From NCBI GenBank assembly GCA_050872805.1, contig JBNMHN010000001.1:1-58371 (forward strand): DNA of 58,371 bases, given 5' to 3'. Source of the DNA: Clostridia bacterium. Lineage in GTDB: Bacteria; Bacillota; Clostridia; Christensenellales; UBA1242. A model generated the notes under the pieces. It was not told the origin of the DNA, searched no databases, and saw only the letters and a list, made by a program, of their open reading frames with translations. The position numbers were made by a program, and so were the translations under genes. Positions 37,018-46,351 of the stretch are shown piece after piece (the first letter of the stretch is position 1; the number at the start of each line of letters is the position of its first letter).

Positions 37018-37065
37018 TTGATTTTCTCCAGTAACTCGACTATAATAAGAGTTAGTGGAGAAAAT
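37018..37065 (+). promoter_or_regulatory. abiE promoter TTGATT-17-TATAAT bracketed by inverted repeat ATTTTCTCCA / TGGAGAAAAT
   Basis: TTGATT at 37018-37023 and TATAAT at 37041-37046. Inverted-repeat arms at 37021-37030 and 37056-37065 (25-bp spacer). The distal arm contains the SD. Confidence 0.65.
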
Positions 37066-37647
37066 ATGATAAAAACAACAAAGATTTTGTTGGGCGAACT
37101 GTCCAATTATGCTCGTCCATATGACAAGATAAGGCGACTTGTAGCAGAAAAAAAACTTATTCCAATTATCAAGGGGTTGTACGAAACGGATGCAACCGTT
37201 TCGGGGCATTATCTTGCAGCGAGCATTTGTGGCCCCTCCTATTTGTCCTTTGAGTTCGCTTTGTCTTACTATGGACTGATTCCAGAAGCGGTTTACACAA
37301 TCACGTCTGCGACATTCAAAAAACATAAACGCAAAGAATACGATACACCATTTGGCTTTTTTACCTATCAAGATGTGCCAAAAAGTGCGTACCCTTGGGG
37401 GATTAAAATCGTCGATGAAAATGGTTACGCCTTTCAAATAGCGTCCCCTGAAAAAGCGCTTTGCGACAAACTTTATGCTTTGCACCCATTGCAAAATTTA
37501 GGCCAGTTGCAAACGCTGCTTTTTGACGATTTGCGAATTGACGAAAACGGATTTTGTAAACTAAACAAGGACGACATTGATTTTCTTGCCGATAAGTACA
37601 AAAGCAAGAATGTCACACTGCTTGCAAAATTTATGAGGAGAACTTGA
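37066..37647 (+). CDS. abiEi: type IV toxin-antitoxin / abortive infection AbiEi-family antitoxin (transcriptional regulator)
   Basis: Position immediately upstream of an AbiEii gene (1-nt gap). N-terminal wHTH-like region and a SFEFALSYYGLIPE-type segment. ATG at 37066 after GGAG. Confidence 0.7.
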   Translation: MIKTTKILLGELSNYARPYDKIRRLVAEKKLIPIIKGLYETDATVSGHYLAASICGPSYLSFEFALSYYGLIPEAVYTITSATFKKHKRKEYDTPFGFFTYQDVPKSAYPWGIKIVDENGYAFQIASPEKALCDKLYALHPLQNLGQLQTLLFDDLRIDENGFCKLNKDDIDFLADKYKSKNVTLLAKFMRRT

Positions 37648-37648
37648 T

Positions 37649-38515
37649 ATGAATCCTATTATTGATGAAATGCTGAAAAATTATAATGCGAACAATCTTA
37701 ATGACAAAAAAAATGCAATCAAAGAGATAATGCAGGAAATCGTTTTGTGCGGACTTAGCCGCGCGGGCTTTTTTGACAAGGCAGTTTTTTATGGCGGCAC
37801 GGCTTTGCGCATATTCTATGGGCTGGATAGATTTTCTGAAGATTTAGATTTTTCTCTCAGGACTCAAGACCCTAGTTTTAATCTTGAAAAGTTTTTCCCC
37901 ATTTTGGAGAGAGAGGTAAATTCGCTAGGCTTGAATGTTAAAATTGAAAACAAAGAAAAAACTTTTGATTCAGCAATCAAGTCCGCCTTTTTAAAAGGCA
38001 ATACAAAGGAACACCTTTTGATGTTTTACTCAGATAATTCGCTTGTCAAGGGGATAAATCCTGAGGAAGTCATAAAAATTAAATTTGAGATAGACACCAA
38101 TCCGCCCCCTTTTGCAACGTTTGAAACTATGTATAGGTTGCAGCCAAGCCCCTACGAAATTAGTTTGTACGATTTACCTTCGTTGTTTGCTGGCAAAATT
38201 AGCGCCGTGCTTTGCAGAGCGTGGAAAAATCGTATCAAGGGGAGAGATTTGTATGATTACATTTTTTACCTTCAAAAAAATGCGGCTTTCAATTTAAAGC
38301 ACCTGCAAGCAAGGTTGGTTCAAGCAGGATTTATCGAAGATGGGCAAACGATAACACTTGACGATGTAAAAGCGCTTTTAAACAAAAGGTTTGACAGCAT
38401 TGATTATGAGGACGCAAAAAAAGATGTAATTCCATTTATCAAAGACCCCCTCGCTTTAAATGTATGGAGTAAAGATTTTTTCAAGGCAATTACACAAAAC
38501 CTAAAAGCGGAATAA
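37649..38515 (+). CDS. abiEii: AbiEii/AbiGii-family nucleotidyltransferase toxin (DUF1814)
   Basis: FYGGTALRIFYGLDRFSEDLDFS NTase motif. 288 aa. Confidence 0.85.
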   Translation: MNPIIDEMLKNYNANNLNDKKNAIKEIMQEIVLCGLSRAGFFDKAVFYGGTALRIFYGLDRFSEDLDFSLRTQDPSFNLEKFFPILEREVNSLGLNVKIENKEKTFDSAIKSAFLKGNTKEHLLMFYSDNSLVKGINPEEVIKIKFEIDTNPPPFATFETMYRLQPSPYEISLYDLPSLFAGKISAVLCRAWKNRIKGRDLYDYIFYLQKNAAFNLKHLQARLVQAGFIEDGQTITLDDVKALLNKRFDSIDYEDAKKDVIPFIKDPLALNVWSKDFFKAITQNLKAE

Positions 38516-38518
38516 TCA

Positions 38519-38578
38519 TCCCAAAAATGCCCGATTTTCTCCAGTAACTCTTGTTTTAGTCGTGTTAGTGGAGAAAAT
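38519..38578 (+). repeat. second copy of the abiE operator region, with decayed promoter hexamers
   Basis: CCAAAAATGCCCGATTTTCTCCAGTAACTC...GTTAGTGGAGAAAAT matches 37008-37065. The inverted-repeat arms and the 25-bp spacing are identical. The -35/-10 positions read CCGATT / TTTTAG. Confidence 0.8.
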
Positions 38579-38873
38579 CGAGTATTTTTTTTGTAATTTT
38601 ACTCCGTTTTTTGCGTTTTTTGTGATTGTTTTCTTTTTGTAATTGTGGTAGTTTTTAACGATTTGCTTTATCATTATTATTTGCCATTTTTATGCTACTA
38701 AATACTTATCATTTTTATGCTACTAAAAATATTCCTTTGTTGGCGTTTTGCGCTTGGCGTTTATGTTGGACGTTCTCATATTGTCGTCATTTTTGCATTG
38801 TGCAAATTTTCCGCTTGCTTTTTGCGCAAAAAATGATATAATATGCACATAATTATTTATAAGGAGAGTTATT

Positions 38874-39299
38874 ATGTTATTAGACGAAATCAAAAAAGCA
38901 AGTATGCAAGCACTAAAGGAGCGCGACAAGGTTGCGCGCGCGATTTATGACGTTGTCATCAACAAGTGCCAACTTGCGCTTGTCGAAAAGCGCGCTAAGG
39001 GCGAAGAACTTGTCGACACAGATATTTTGCAGATTATGCAAAAGGCTGCAAAGGAACTTGCGGAAGAAAAGGAAAACTATTTGAAAGTTGGAAACGCGGA
39101 CGAGGTTGCCAACATCGAAAGACAGCAAGCGATTGTTGCTTCATACTTGCCACAAATGATGAGCGAAGACGAAATTGCGGCGGAAATTGAAAAACTAGAC
39201 GACAAGTCGATTGGCTCGGTTATGCGCCACTTCAAGCAAAACTTTGCGGGCAAGTGCGATATGTCACTTGTTCAGCGCCTCGCCAACCCACGCAAATAA
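38874..39299 (+). CDS. yqeY: GatB/YqeY domain-containing protein
   Basis: Typical YqeY length and sequence pattern. Extended -10 TGATATAAT approx 35 nt upstream. Confidence 0.8.
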   Translation: MLLDEIKKASMQALKERDKVARAIYDVVINKCQLALVEKRAKGEELVDTDILQIMQKAAKELAEEKENYLKVGNADEVANIERQQAIVASYLPQMMSEDEIAAEIEKLDDKSIGSVMRHFKQNFAGKCDMSLVQRLANPRK

Positions 39300-39324
39300 C
39301 ACAAAAGATAAAGGATAAATATAT

Positions 39325-40371
39325 ATGGATTTTGCATCACTATTCAACAACTTTTGGTCGACCACTGGTGTGACCTTGATAAAAACATTTGCGATAATCG
39401 TTTTGGGGCTACTGCTCATCAAAATTATTATGCGCTATGTGAGAAAAGTGTTTATGGCGTCGCAAATGGAGGCGGGCTTGAGTTCTTTTCTCTTGTCCGT
39501 CATTCGCGCGGTGCTATATGTTTTGCTGATTTTCCTCATTTTTTCGACGCTTGGCGTGTCGATGGGCGCGTTCATTGCCGCACTGTCGGCTGCGGGCTTG
39601 GCGGTTGCTCTTGCACTGCAAGACAGTTTGAGCAACCTTGCTTCGGGCATTCTCATTTTGGTGAACAAGCCGTTTGTTGAGGGCGACTACATTCGCGTTG
39701 GAACGGACGAAGGGACAGTTAAGTCTGTGCGCATTTTCACGACGCAAATCGAAAGTTATGACAAAAAAGTCATCACAATTCCAAACAAGTCAGTCATCAA
39801 CAGCAATGTTGTCAACTACACATCAAGCCCGACGCGCCGCGTCACGATTTTGTTTTGCGTACCATATAATGCGGATATTGACTACATCAAAAAAGTCCTT
39901 TTTGAGGAATTTAAGACTTGCAAGTATGCAATCAAATCCCCTGCTATGTTTGTGGGTATTGAAAATTACGACGACCACGGCGTTCAAATGGTTTTGAAGA
40001 TTTGGAGCAAGTCGGAAGATTACTGGGGGCTATATTATCTTGCGTACGAAAAACTTACGCGCGCGCTTAATGAGGCTGGCATCACAATCACAAACGACCA
40101 TTCTATTATTAACATTTCGGACGCTGAGCGCAAATTGAAAGAAAACGAAACGCGCAAGGCGATTTATGAAAGCAAATTGAAAGCACAAAAAGAGAACGAC
40201 GAAAAAGCCGCAAAAGCAAAGCAAATTGAGAAAAAAGTTGAAAAAGAAGAAAAAACACAAAATTTTGAAACAAAAATTACTACAATAGAGGAAAATGCTG
40301 ACCTTTTGGAAGAAAAACCAAAGAAAAAACGCAAATTTTTGTGGGGGCGTAAAAATGATGAAGAAAATTAA
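39325..40371 (+). CDS. mechanosensitive ion channel family protein (MscS-like) with Lys/Glu-rich C-terminal tail
   Basis: Three TM segments, then the MscS beta-domain pattern LASGILILVNKPFxxGDYI...GTVxxVxIxxTxI...IPN. Confidence 0.85.
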   Translation: MDFASLFNNFWSTTGVTLIKTFAIIVLGLLLIKIIMRYVRKVFMASQMEAGLSSFLLSVIRAVLYVLLIFLIFSTLGVSMGAFIAALSAAGLAVALALQDSLSNLASGILILVNKPFVEGDYIRVGTDEGTVKSVRIFTTQIESYDKKVITIPNKSVINSNVVNYTSSPTRRVTILFCVPYNADIDYIKKVLFEEFKTCKYAIKSPAMFVGIENYDDHGVQMVLKIWSKSEDYWGLYYLAYEKLTRALNEAGITITNDHSIINISDAERKLKENETRKAIYESKLKAQKENDEKAAKAKQIEKKVEKEEKTQNFETKITTIEENADLLEEKPKKKRKFLWGRKNDEEN

Positions 40372-42100
40372 TCAAAAAAATGCTACACCCCGCAATTTTG
40401 CTGCACTTTTTGCAAAAAACGCAAAAATATGGTTAAATCTCGTTTTAGCGCTAGCCGTTTTGACTCTATTGTTGCCGATTTGCACACTATCCTGCACAAA
40501 ATCGCTACCTAAGCCGCAAATTTTGAGCGCTTACGCGCAAGATTCGGCAGTTACGTCTGAAGAATTTCCAGCGGAGAACTTTACGGCATTCTCTACACAG
40601 ACAATAAATTTCAAAATATACTCGCAATACGACATTGAATGCACAAACAGTGACGGACTTACATTAACTAAAACTACTCTATACACTGATTTTTATCTTG
40701 TTTCCGTCACAAGCAGCGAACCTATTGCGTCACAAATAATTGTCAAAAACAAGTTTGGGGGCGTTGCGTTTGCAAACTTCAGTTTTATTCCGTATGAGAT
40801 AAACACAATAAAACTTATTCCTTATCAAGCAAAGTTCAATGCGACGGGCGACAACTATTTGCAAGTTTGCTATAATGATAATCCGCAACTTATCTACAGC
40901 GGCATAATTGTTAGCGAACTTGAAAAAGGCAGTGCGACGATAGAAGATTTGAACCCAAGCAATATCACAAAATCAATCAATCCGCATATGGTTGTTTTGA
41001 ACTTTGAAGGTGTCGATTACACTCAATACGTCGGTGCGAAATTTGTTGTTGCTTCAAAAAAAGACAGGGCAAGCATTGATTTGAAAATTGAAAATTTGCC
41101 ATTTACAAACACATTCACATTGCAAGAGTCTACGCTTGACTACTTTGCAAGCAGCAAACTGATTACTGCAAATGTTTTGGTGGACGCAAACGCTTTCGCG
41201 ACATTCTCGCTACCATCAAACTCATTTGCTCAATTTGCAAACATTGAGAAAGTGGCGTCGGGCGAAAGTTTTGACGCCTATGCCCTAAAAATTGACATAT
41301 CAAAACTTAGCACGCCGACCGAAATTATGATTTCCGCACAAACCGCAAGCGGAAGCATTGAGCGCGCATTGAGACTCAATCCCATTAGTTCGATTTCAAA
41401 AATTACCATTTCAGCAAGCAAAACCTCGCTAAAATCGGGCGAAAAAGTCACTTTTACGGCGATTTTAAACGATGACGCCACTCTTTCAAGCGAAATCGAC
41501 TGGTACGTCAACGACCAAAAAGTCGAAACCGGCGCACAATTTGAATACGCTCGCACGCAAGGTGGTGCATTCACTGTGTACGCTAAAGTGGGCGAAACTC
41601 AAAGCAACAGTGTTTCCGTCAATGTCTCTTACAACAACTCGGAACTCGTCATTTGGTACATTGTTTTTGCAATCGCGCTAGTTATTCTAATCGGGCTAAT
41701 CATTTTCAAAAGAAAAAAGAAAACCTTTATTTCGTCAATGTCACTGACTGACCGCGCGCGCAAATTTGTTCCGCGCTACAAAACGTACATCAATAAATAC
41801 ACGCGTCACCAGTTCTTTGACCTCGTGTATGATATTGCCAACCTGCGCGACGACGTCTTGTTCAACTTCGACGAAACAAAAGATTTGTGCTTTGAAAAAA
41901 TTGGGCGCGAACTCGCGGACGCGCACAAGATTGTGAGAACAATCTACAAAGCGCCAAAAGAGGAAAAGAAAGCACTACTTGAGAGCAATCTATCTTCCTT
42001 TGAATCAATTATGAACTCAGTAATTGCTGACCTAGACGACTATGCACAAAAACACCCCGACCAAGCAATTTTCAAGCGAAAAAACAAAACAAAAAAATAA
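40355..42100 (+). CDS. membrane protein with large extracytoplasmic Ig-like region, one internal TM and a cytoplasmic tail
   Basis: ATGATG at 40355 preceded by GGGGG, overlapping the MscS-like gene by 17 nt. Signal/lipobox-like LSC. TM segment LVIWYIVFAIALVILIGLIIF. Confidence 0.65.
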   Translation: MMKKINQKNATPRNFAALFAKNAKIWLNLVLALAVLTLLLPICTLSCTKSLPKPQILSAYAQDSAVTSEEFPAENFTAFSTQTINFKIYSQYDIECTNSDGLTLTKTTLYTDFYLVSVTSSEPIASQIIVKNKFGGVAFANFSFIPYEINTIKLIPYQAKFNATGDNYLQVCYNDNPQLIYSGIIVSELEKGSATIEDLNPSNITKSINPHMVVLNFEGVDYTQYVGAKFVVASKKDRASIDLKIENLPFTNTFTLQESTLDYFASSKLITANVLVDANAFATFSLPSNSFAQFANIEKVASGESFDAYALKIDISKLSTPTEIMISAQTASGSIERALRLNPISSISKITISASKTSLKSGEKVTFTAILNDDATLSSEIDWYVNDQKVETGAQFEYARTQGGAFTVYAKVGETQSNSVSVNVSYNNSELVIWYIVFAIALVILIGLIIFKRKKKTFISSMSLTDRARKFVPRYKTYINKYTRHQFFDLVYDIANLRDDVLFNFDETKDLCFEKIGRELADAHKIVRTIYKAPKEEKKALLESNLSSFESIMNSVIADLDDYAQKHPDQAIFKRKNKTKK

Positions 42101-42240
42101 TGAGCAATTTAATAGTGAAATTAAACATTTTTTAATTGCATTAATTCATTTATTACATTAAAATAAAATTGTGCCATTATATAAAAATAAAGTTTTATTT
42201 ACTAATTGTAAGTATATTGTTTTTAATATAAACAAATACA

Positions 42241-42290
42241 AAAAAAATAGGGAAAACCGAGGATTTTCGCGGTTTTCCCTATTTTTTTTA
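42241..42290. terminator. bidirectional terminator
   Basis: A7-ATAGGGAAAACCG...CGGTTTTCCCTAT-T8. Confidence 0.75.
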
Positions 42291-42308
42291 AATATTTCTA
42301 TTAAATAT

Positions 42309-42731
42309 TCAACGCTTAAATATTCCAATAAGCAATGCAAGAATTCCCCAAACTCCAATCAATGCATAAAGCGCGGTAAGGACAATTCCCCAGATATTCA
42401 TCATTTTCATTTCGACAACACCAGTGTTCAAACTGATTGTGAAAAAGTTGTCAATTTTGAATAACGCAGCGCCCGCATCGACATCAAAATCTTTGGTTGC
42501 GCCAACGTAAATTTTTTGGTCTTTTATTTTGTAGTACCAATCTCCAGTATCGTACCCTGCTAAGTTCGTTTTGATTTTACCATCAAACGTCATACTGACT
42601 TCATATTTTACTTCCGTTCCGGCAACGGTTGACGACCCATTATAACTCCCAAATGGATAAATATAAAACGGGAAAGCAAATGTTATTGTCAACAATGCTG
42701 CACTCAACAAAATCCTAATCAAACCTTTCAT
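42309..42731 (-). CDS. small hypothetical protein with N-terminal signal and C-terminal TM
   Basis: 140-aa ORF with hydrophobic ends. No family recognised. Confidence 0.55.
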   Translation of the reverse strand: MKGLIRILLSAALLTITFAFPFYIYPFGSYNGSSTVAGTEVKYEVSMTFDGKIKTNLAGYDTGDWYYKIKDQKIYVGATKDFDVDAGAALFKIDNFFTISLNTGVVEMKMMNIWGIVLTALYALIGVWGILALLIGIFKR

Positions 42732-42986
42732 ATTTGTTCACCTCTTTTTATATTGTAACAATTTTCGCACAATTTGTCAATTATTCGCACCGGCTTTTTA
42801 AACAAATAATCAATCATAAAAAACGTGCAAATTTCGCCAACAAAATGCGGGCGAGAGAGGTATATTGTTTGTAGCGTTGCGTGGTATGAAAATACCACAA
42901 ATTGCACATCATAATTTGATAGCCCGACAATTTTAAAATTGTTTGCGGTCTAAGTAAAAATAACAAGTAAAAATAAGGAGAAACAA

Positions 42987-45215
42987 ATGAATAAAATCAG
43001 TTATTTTATTGCGACGATTGTTTTGTCTTTGTGCCTCATCGGTTTTAGCGCGTGCGGCGGCAGCAACAAGGGCAAAAACATTCAGGGCGCGGAGGCGGTT
43101 GGCCTCAAGACGTATTATCACGTCAGCGAAACCATTGATTTTTCGACGATTAAAATCAAAGTCACTTATGACGACAAGTCGACGACCGAACTAACAAAAG
43201 GCGAAGTCGACATTGACGTTGCAAACGCAAAGGCGGACACACAGTTCGTTTTAGGAACGAGCGGACTTTCAGCACAGCAAGGCGGAAATCTTACTGCTGG
43301 CGAATACAAAATCACGTGCCAATTCGTTGGCGACGAGACAAACACTAAACACGAACTTATGACAATAAATGTATCGACGGATATGTCACTCATTTACGAT
43401 TTACAACTTTTTGAAGCACCACAATTCATTGATACATTCAATGAAAACAACAAGGCGTCCGCAACGGACGAAAGCGCGTTTTACAAGACTACTGACTACT
43501 ATGTTGGAGACGACAACGCGTTTGTGCTTAACCCAGTTCTCAAACTAATGAGCAAAAAAGACGCAAGCATTGCGACGGTTGCCGATTTCAAGGCAAATGT
43601 GAAAGTCGAAATCAAGGGTGCGGACGCGTTTAGCGAAGTCACTGACGACACTTACTTTGAATATGCGGACTTCAAGTTTGATTTCAAGGAAAGCGCAATC
43701 GGTCACAAATTTAGAATCACGATGACTCCAGCCGAATTTGAGGCTGACTTTGCGGGCAACCCAATTCAACCTGTTGTGTTCACGGTTGTTGTTGCGGATG
43801 GCTACAACGTTTATGACGCTATCGACCTTGGTAGAATCAACATTTTCTCAGATAATGTAAAAAATCAAATTACGGCGGACGGCAATTCGTGGAGTCGCAA
43901 CGACCATTCTTGGGGACGCACATTTTACACAAATACACAAGAAAATACGCGTCAAAATATAAAATACAGCGACATTTGGTTACCTTTCCTTGCTAGCAAA
44001 GGCGAAACGGATTTGAATCCAGTCAACGGCGTTTTCCTTCACAGCAACATCAGTGTGACACCTAACGACATTCCTAGCGAATACTTCATTGGTGAAGATG
44101 AAGCAAAGGCAAATGGCGCAAGCAAATCGGCAGGTTCTTTGCGTGACTGCGCTGAATTTTACATCCATTATCTTGAAAATGATTTCACTTTCAACGGAAA
44201 TATGTTCAAAATTGACTTCAGTGCCATTCCTTGGTGCCGCAACAATAAAGACTACAAACCGTTCTATTTCCCTGACGAAGGTGCGGACACCCACGCAACA
44301 CCGGGTCACGCAACCGCCTTTGTTATGGCAAACAAGTCGGATGAAAGCAACAACACAAAGGCTTACTTTATCAATGTTGAGGCAATTGGCAACACGGCAA
44401 ACGCGTCACTCAGCGCAACTAAAGGTGAGGACCTTTTGGCGGCTGGCGGACTCATTATGATAAAGTCAATCACATCAACAACTGTTGCTGAAAACAATAT
44501 CGCAAAAGGTTGGATGATTGCGTGGTTTGCTGAAATGACCGACAATATCAACTCTCTTGAACTGAACTACATCAAAACATACGACTGCTTCAACAGCGGA
44601 ATTTACAACTACGGCAGCGAAAAGAACACGCTTGCTAACTCCGAGTTCAAGCGTTTCGGCGGCCCTGTAATTCTTGCGACAAGCATTGCAACAAGTTCGG
44701 GCGAAAAACGCGATGGCGTTGGTTTTGAAATCGACAAAACAACGACAAAACTTGAAAGTTTTGTTGTAGGCACGGAAGCGTGGTTCACAATCGTGGGCGC
44801 ATCCTCTATCGTAACACCGTTCTTTGGGCTCGACCAATTGTTCAACGCGTACGGCAACACGGTTTTGCAAACACAAAATGGACAAAATTATATGAATATG
44901 ATTGCAATTTGCCTTGACTCCGATACAGTTACGTCGAACGACCCAACATATTCAACACTCAAGTATGGCGACAACACATACGCGCTTGACACGGAAAAAA
45001 CCAACCCTATCAATCAAATTTGGTCAAAAGGAAAAACCGCTGTCTTTATCTCAAGCGGCGGACAAATCGCATATATGACAAGCGAAACATCTATGGCATT
45101 TGCGGACGGCGCCTCAACGTCCTTTGCAGGTGACAACCTATTCATTGCTTACCCAATGAACAGCAAAGCAACTGCAGGTGTCCTCGTCAACCTCTACCCT
45201 TTCACTGCCGCTTAA
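42987..45215 (+). CDS. large hypothetical lipoprotein
   Basis: Lipobox GFSAC. RBS AAGGAG. 742 aa. No family recognised. Confidence 0.7.
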   Translation: MNKISYFIATIVLSLCLIGFSACGGSNKGKNIQGAEAVGLKTYYHVSETIDFSTIKIKVTYDDKSTTELTKGEVDIDVANAKADTQFVLGTSGLSAQQGGNLTAGEYKITCQFVGDETNTKHELMTINVSTDMSLIYDLQLFEAPQFIDTFNENNKASATDESAFYKTTDYYVGDDNAFVLNPVLKLMSKKDASIATVADFKANVKVEIKGADAFSEVTDDTYFEYADFKFDFKESAIGHKFRITMTPAEFEADFAGNPIQPVVFTVVVADGYNVYDAIDLGRINIFSDNVKNQITADGNSWSRNDHSWGRTFYTNTQENTRQNIKYSDIWLPFLASKGETDLNPVNGVFLHSNISVTPNDIPSEYFIGEDEAKANGASKSAGSLRDCAEFYIHYLENDFTFNGNMFKIDFSAIPWCRNNKDYKPFYFPDEGADTHATPGHATAFVMANKSDESNNTKAYFINVEAIGNTANASLSATKGEDLLAAGGLIMIKSITSTTVAENNIAKGWMIAWFAEMTDNINSLELNYIKTYDCFNSGIYNYGSEKNTLANSEFKRFGGPVILATSIATSSGEKRDGVGFEIDKTTTKLESFVVGTEAWFTIVGASSIVTPFFGLDQLFNAYGNTVLQTQNGQNYMNMIAICLDSDTVTSNDPTYSTLKYGDNTYALDTEKTNPINQIWSKGKTAVFISSGGQIAYMTSETSMAFADGASTSFAGDNLFIAYPMNSKATAGVLVNLYPFTAA

Positions 45216-45282
45216 TGCAAAATCACTTGACTAAATATTGATAATCAAATTATTATGACTATACAATGAATATTTAATTATT

Positions 45283-45377
45283 AAAAAACTCTTTGATTAT
45301 CAAAAAAACTCTTTGATTATCAAAAAAACTCTTTGAGTGAAGAATAAATAAATTCTCCATTCTAAAGAGTTTTTTTA
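45283..45377 (+). repeat. 2.7 copies of a 20-bp direct repeat (CAAAAAAACTCTTTGATTAT). The last copy forms the 5' arm of a terminator hairpin.
   Basis: Copies at approx 45283-45300, 45301-45320 and 45321-45336. The 3' arm TCTAAAGAGTTTTTTT is at 45361-45376. Confidence 0.7.
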
Positions 45378-45485
45378 TGGTTATATAACAAATGTTGTGG
45401 TGATATAAAAATTTATAGGAAAAGCACTCAGTATGAAACCAAGTACCTAATCCGTTTCCAACGTGATAACTATAATAGCAACTTT

Positions 45486-45698
45486 ACAACGCACATAGTC
45501 AATTGACTATGTACCAACAACATACAGCGTCACTCACCAAACCTGCAGCAGCGGGGCTTTCCCCGCCCAAACCTGCACAAGTGGCGTTTGCCACTATCCC
45601 CACCGAGAACACGTGCTTATAGAAAGCACATAAGTGCGCCGCTCACTGACGCAACTTGCTTGTAGGGACAGTACCTGCAGCAGCGAGGCTACGCCCGC
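45486..45698 (+). repeat. intergenic mosaic repeat locus R6
   Basis: Palindrome CACATAGTCAATTGACTATGTAC. CACTCACCAAACCTGCAGC-GCGGGGCTTTCCCCGC-CCAAACCTGCAC-GTGGCGTTTGCCAC. One L unit ends in GCGAGGCTACGCCCGC, which contains the stop of the next gene. Confidence 0.85.
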
Positions 45699-46234
45699 TC
45701 GTCGTCATCGTCGTCAAAATCGTCGTCCTCGTCGTCTTCTTCATCTTCATCGTCGTCATCAAAATCGTCGTCAAAGTCCTCGTCCGTCATATCTTGCGCA
45801 AACTCGTCCTTTGCAAGTTCGTCAATTTCCGCAAAGTTCAAATCTGAATCAAGTGCAATGTCGTCAAGGTCAGTCGATATGCCTGCGTCGTACCCGTCGT
45901 CAATGCTGCCGATTGACGCCATTGGCCCCAAGTTTTCCTCTTCCTCGTTGTCGTCCTCAATGCCGTCATCATTGATATAATCGTGCCATTCAGTGAGGTC
46001 GATGTCGTCCACATCTGCGCCCTCCGCTTCTTTCTCGGCAGCACAACTAGCGCACATAATTTCGTCCTCAGTAATATAGTTCGTCTTGCAAATAGGGCAC
46101 AATTCAAGGTCAATGTCACACGCAAGGTCGTCGTGCCTTGCGTTCATTTCGTTGATGCAAACACTACAATAGTCCTCCCCTTTCTTTATGTAGTTGAGTT
46201 CACATCTTGGGCATCTTTTATATATTGTTTTCAT
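45689..46234 (-). CDS. double zinc-ribbon protein with hyper-acidic Asp/Glu C-terminal half
   Basis: CPRC...CSVC and CPIC...CASC pairs, then approx 110 aa dominated by D/E. ATG at 46234 preceded by AGGAG. Confidence 0.7.
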   Translation of the reverse strand: MKTIYKRCPRCELNYIKKGEDYCSVCINEMNARHDDLACDIDLELCPICKTNYITEDEIMCASCAAEKEAEGADVDDIDLTEWHDYINDDGIEDDNEEEENLGPMASIGSIDDGYDAGISTDLDDIALDSDLNFAEIDELAKDEFAQDMTDEDFDDDFDDDDEDEEDDEDDDFDDDDDERA

Positions 46235-46351
46235 AATTATTTTTTCTCCTAACATTTTTTTAAAATGGTTTAGTATATTTTAATGATTTTTAATACAAAA
46301 GTCTACTATTTTTGCAATGTTTTTAACAAAAAATCACGAATTTGGTAAAAA

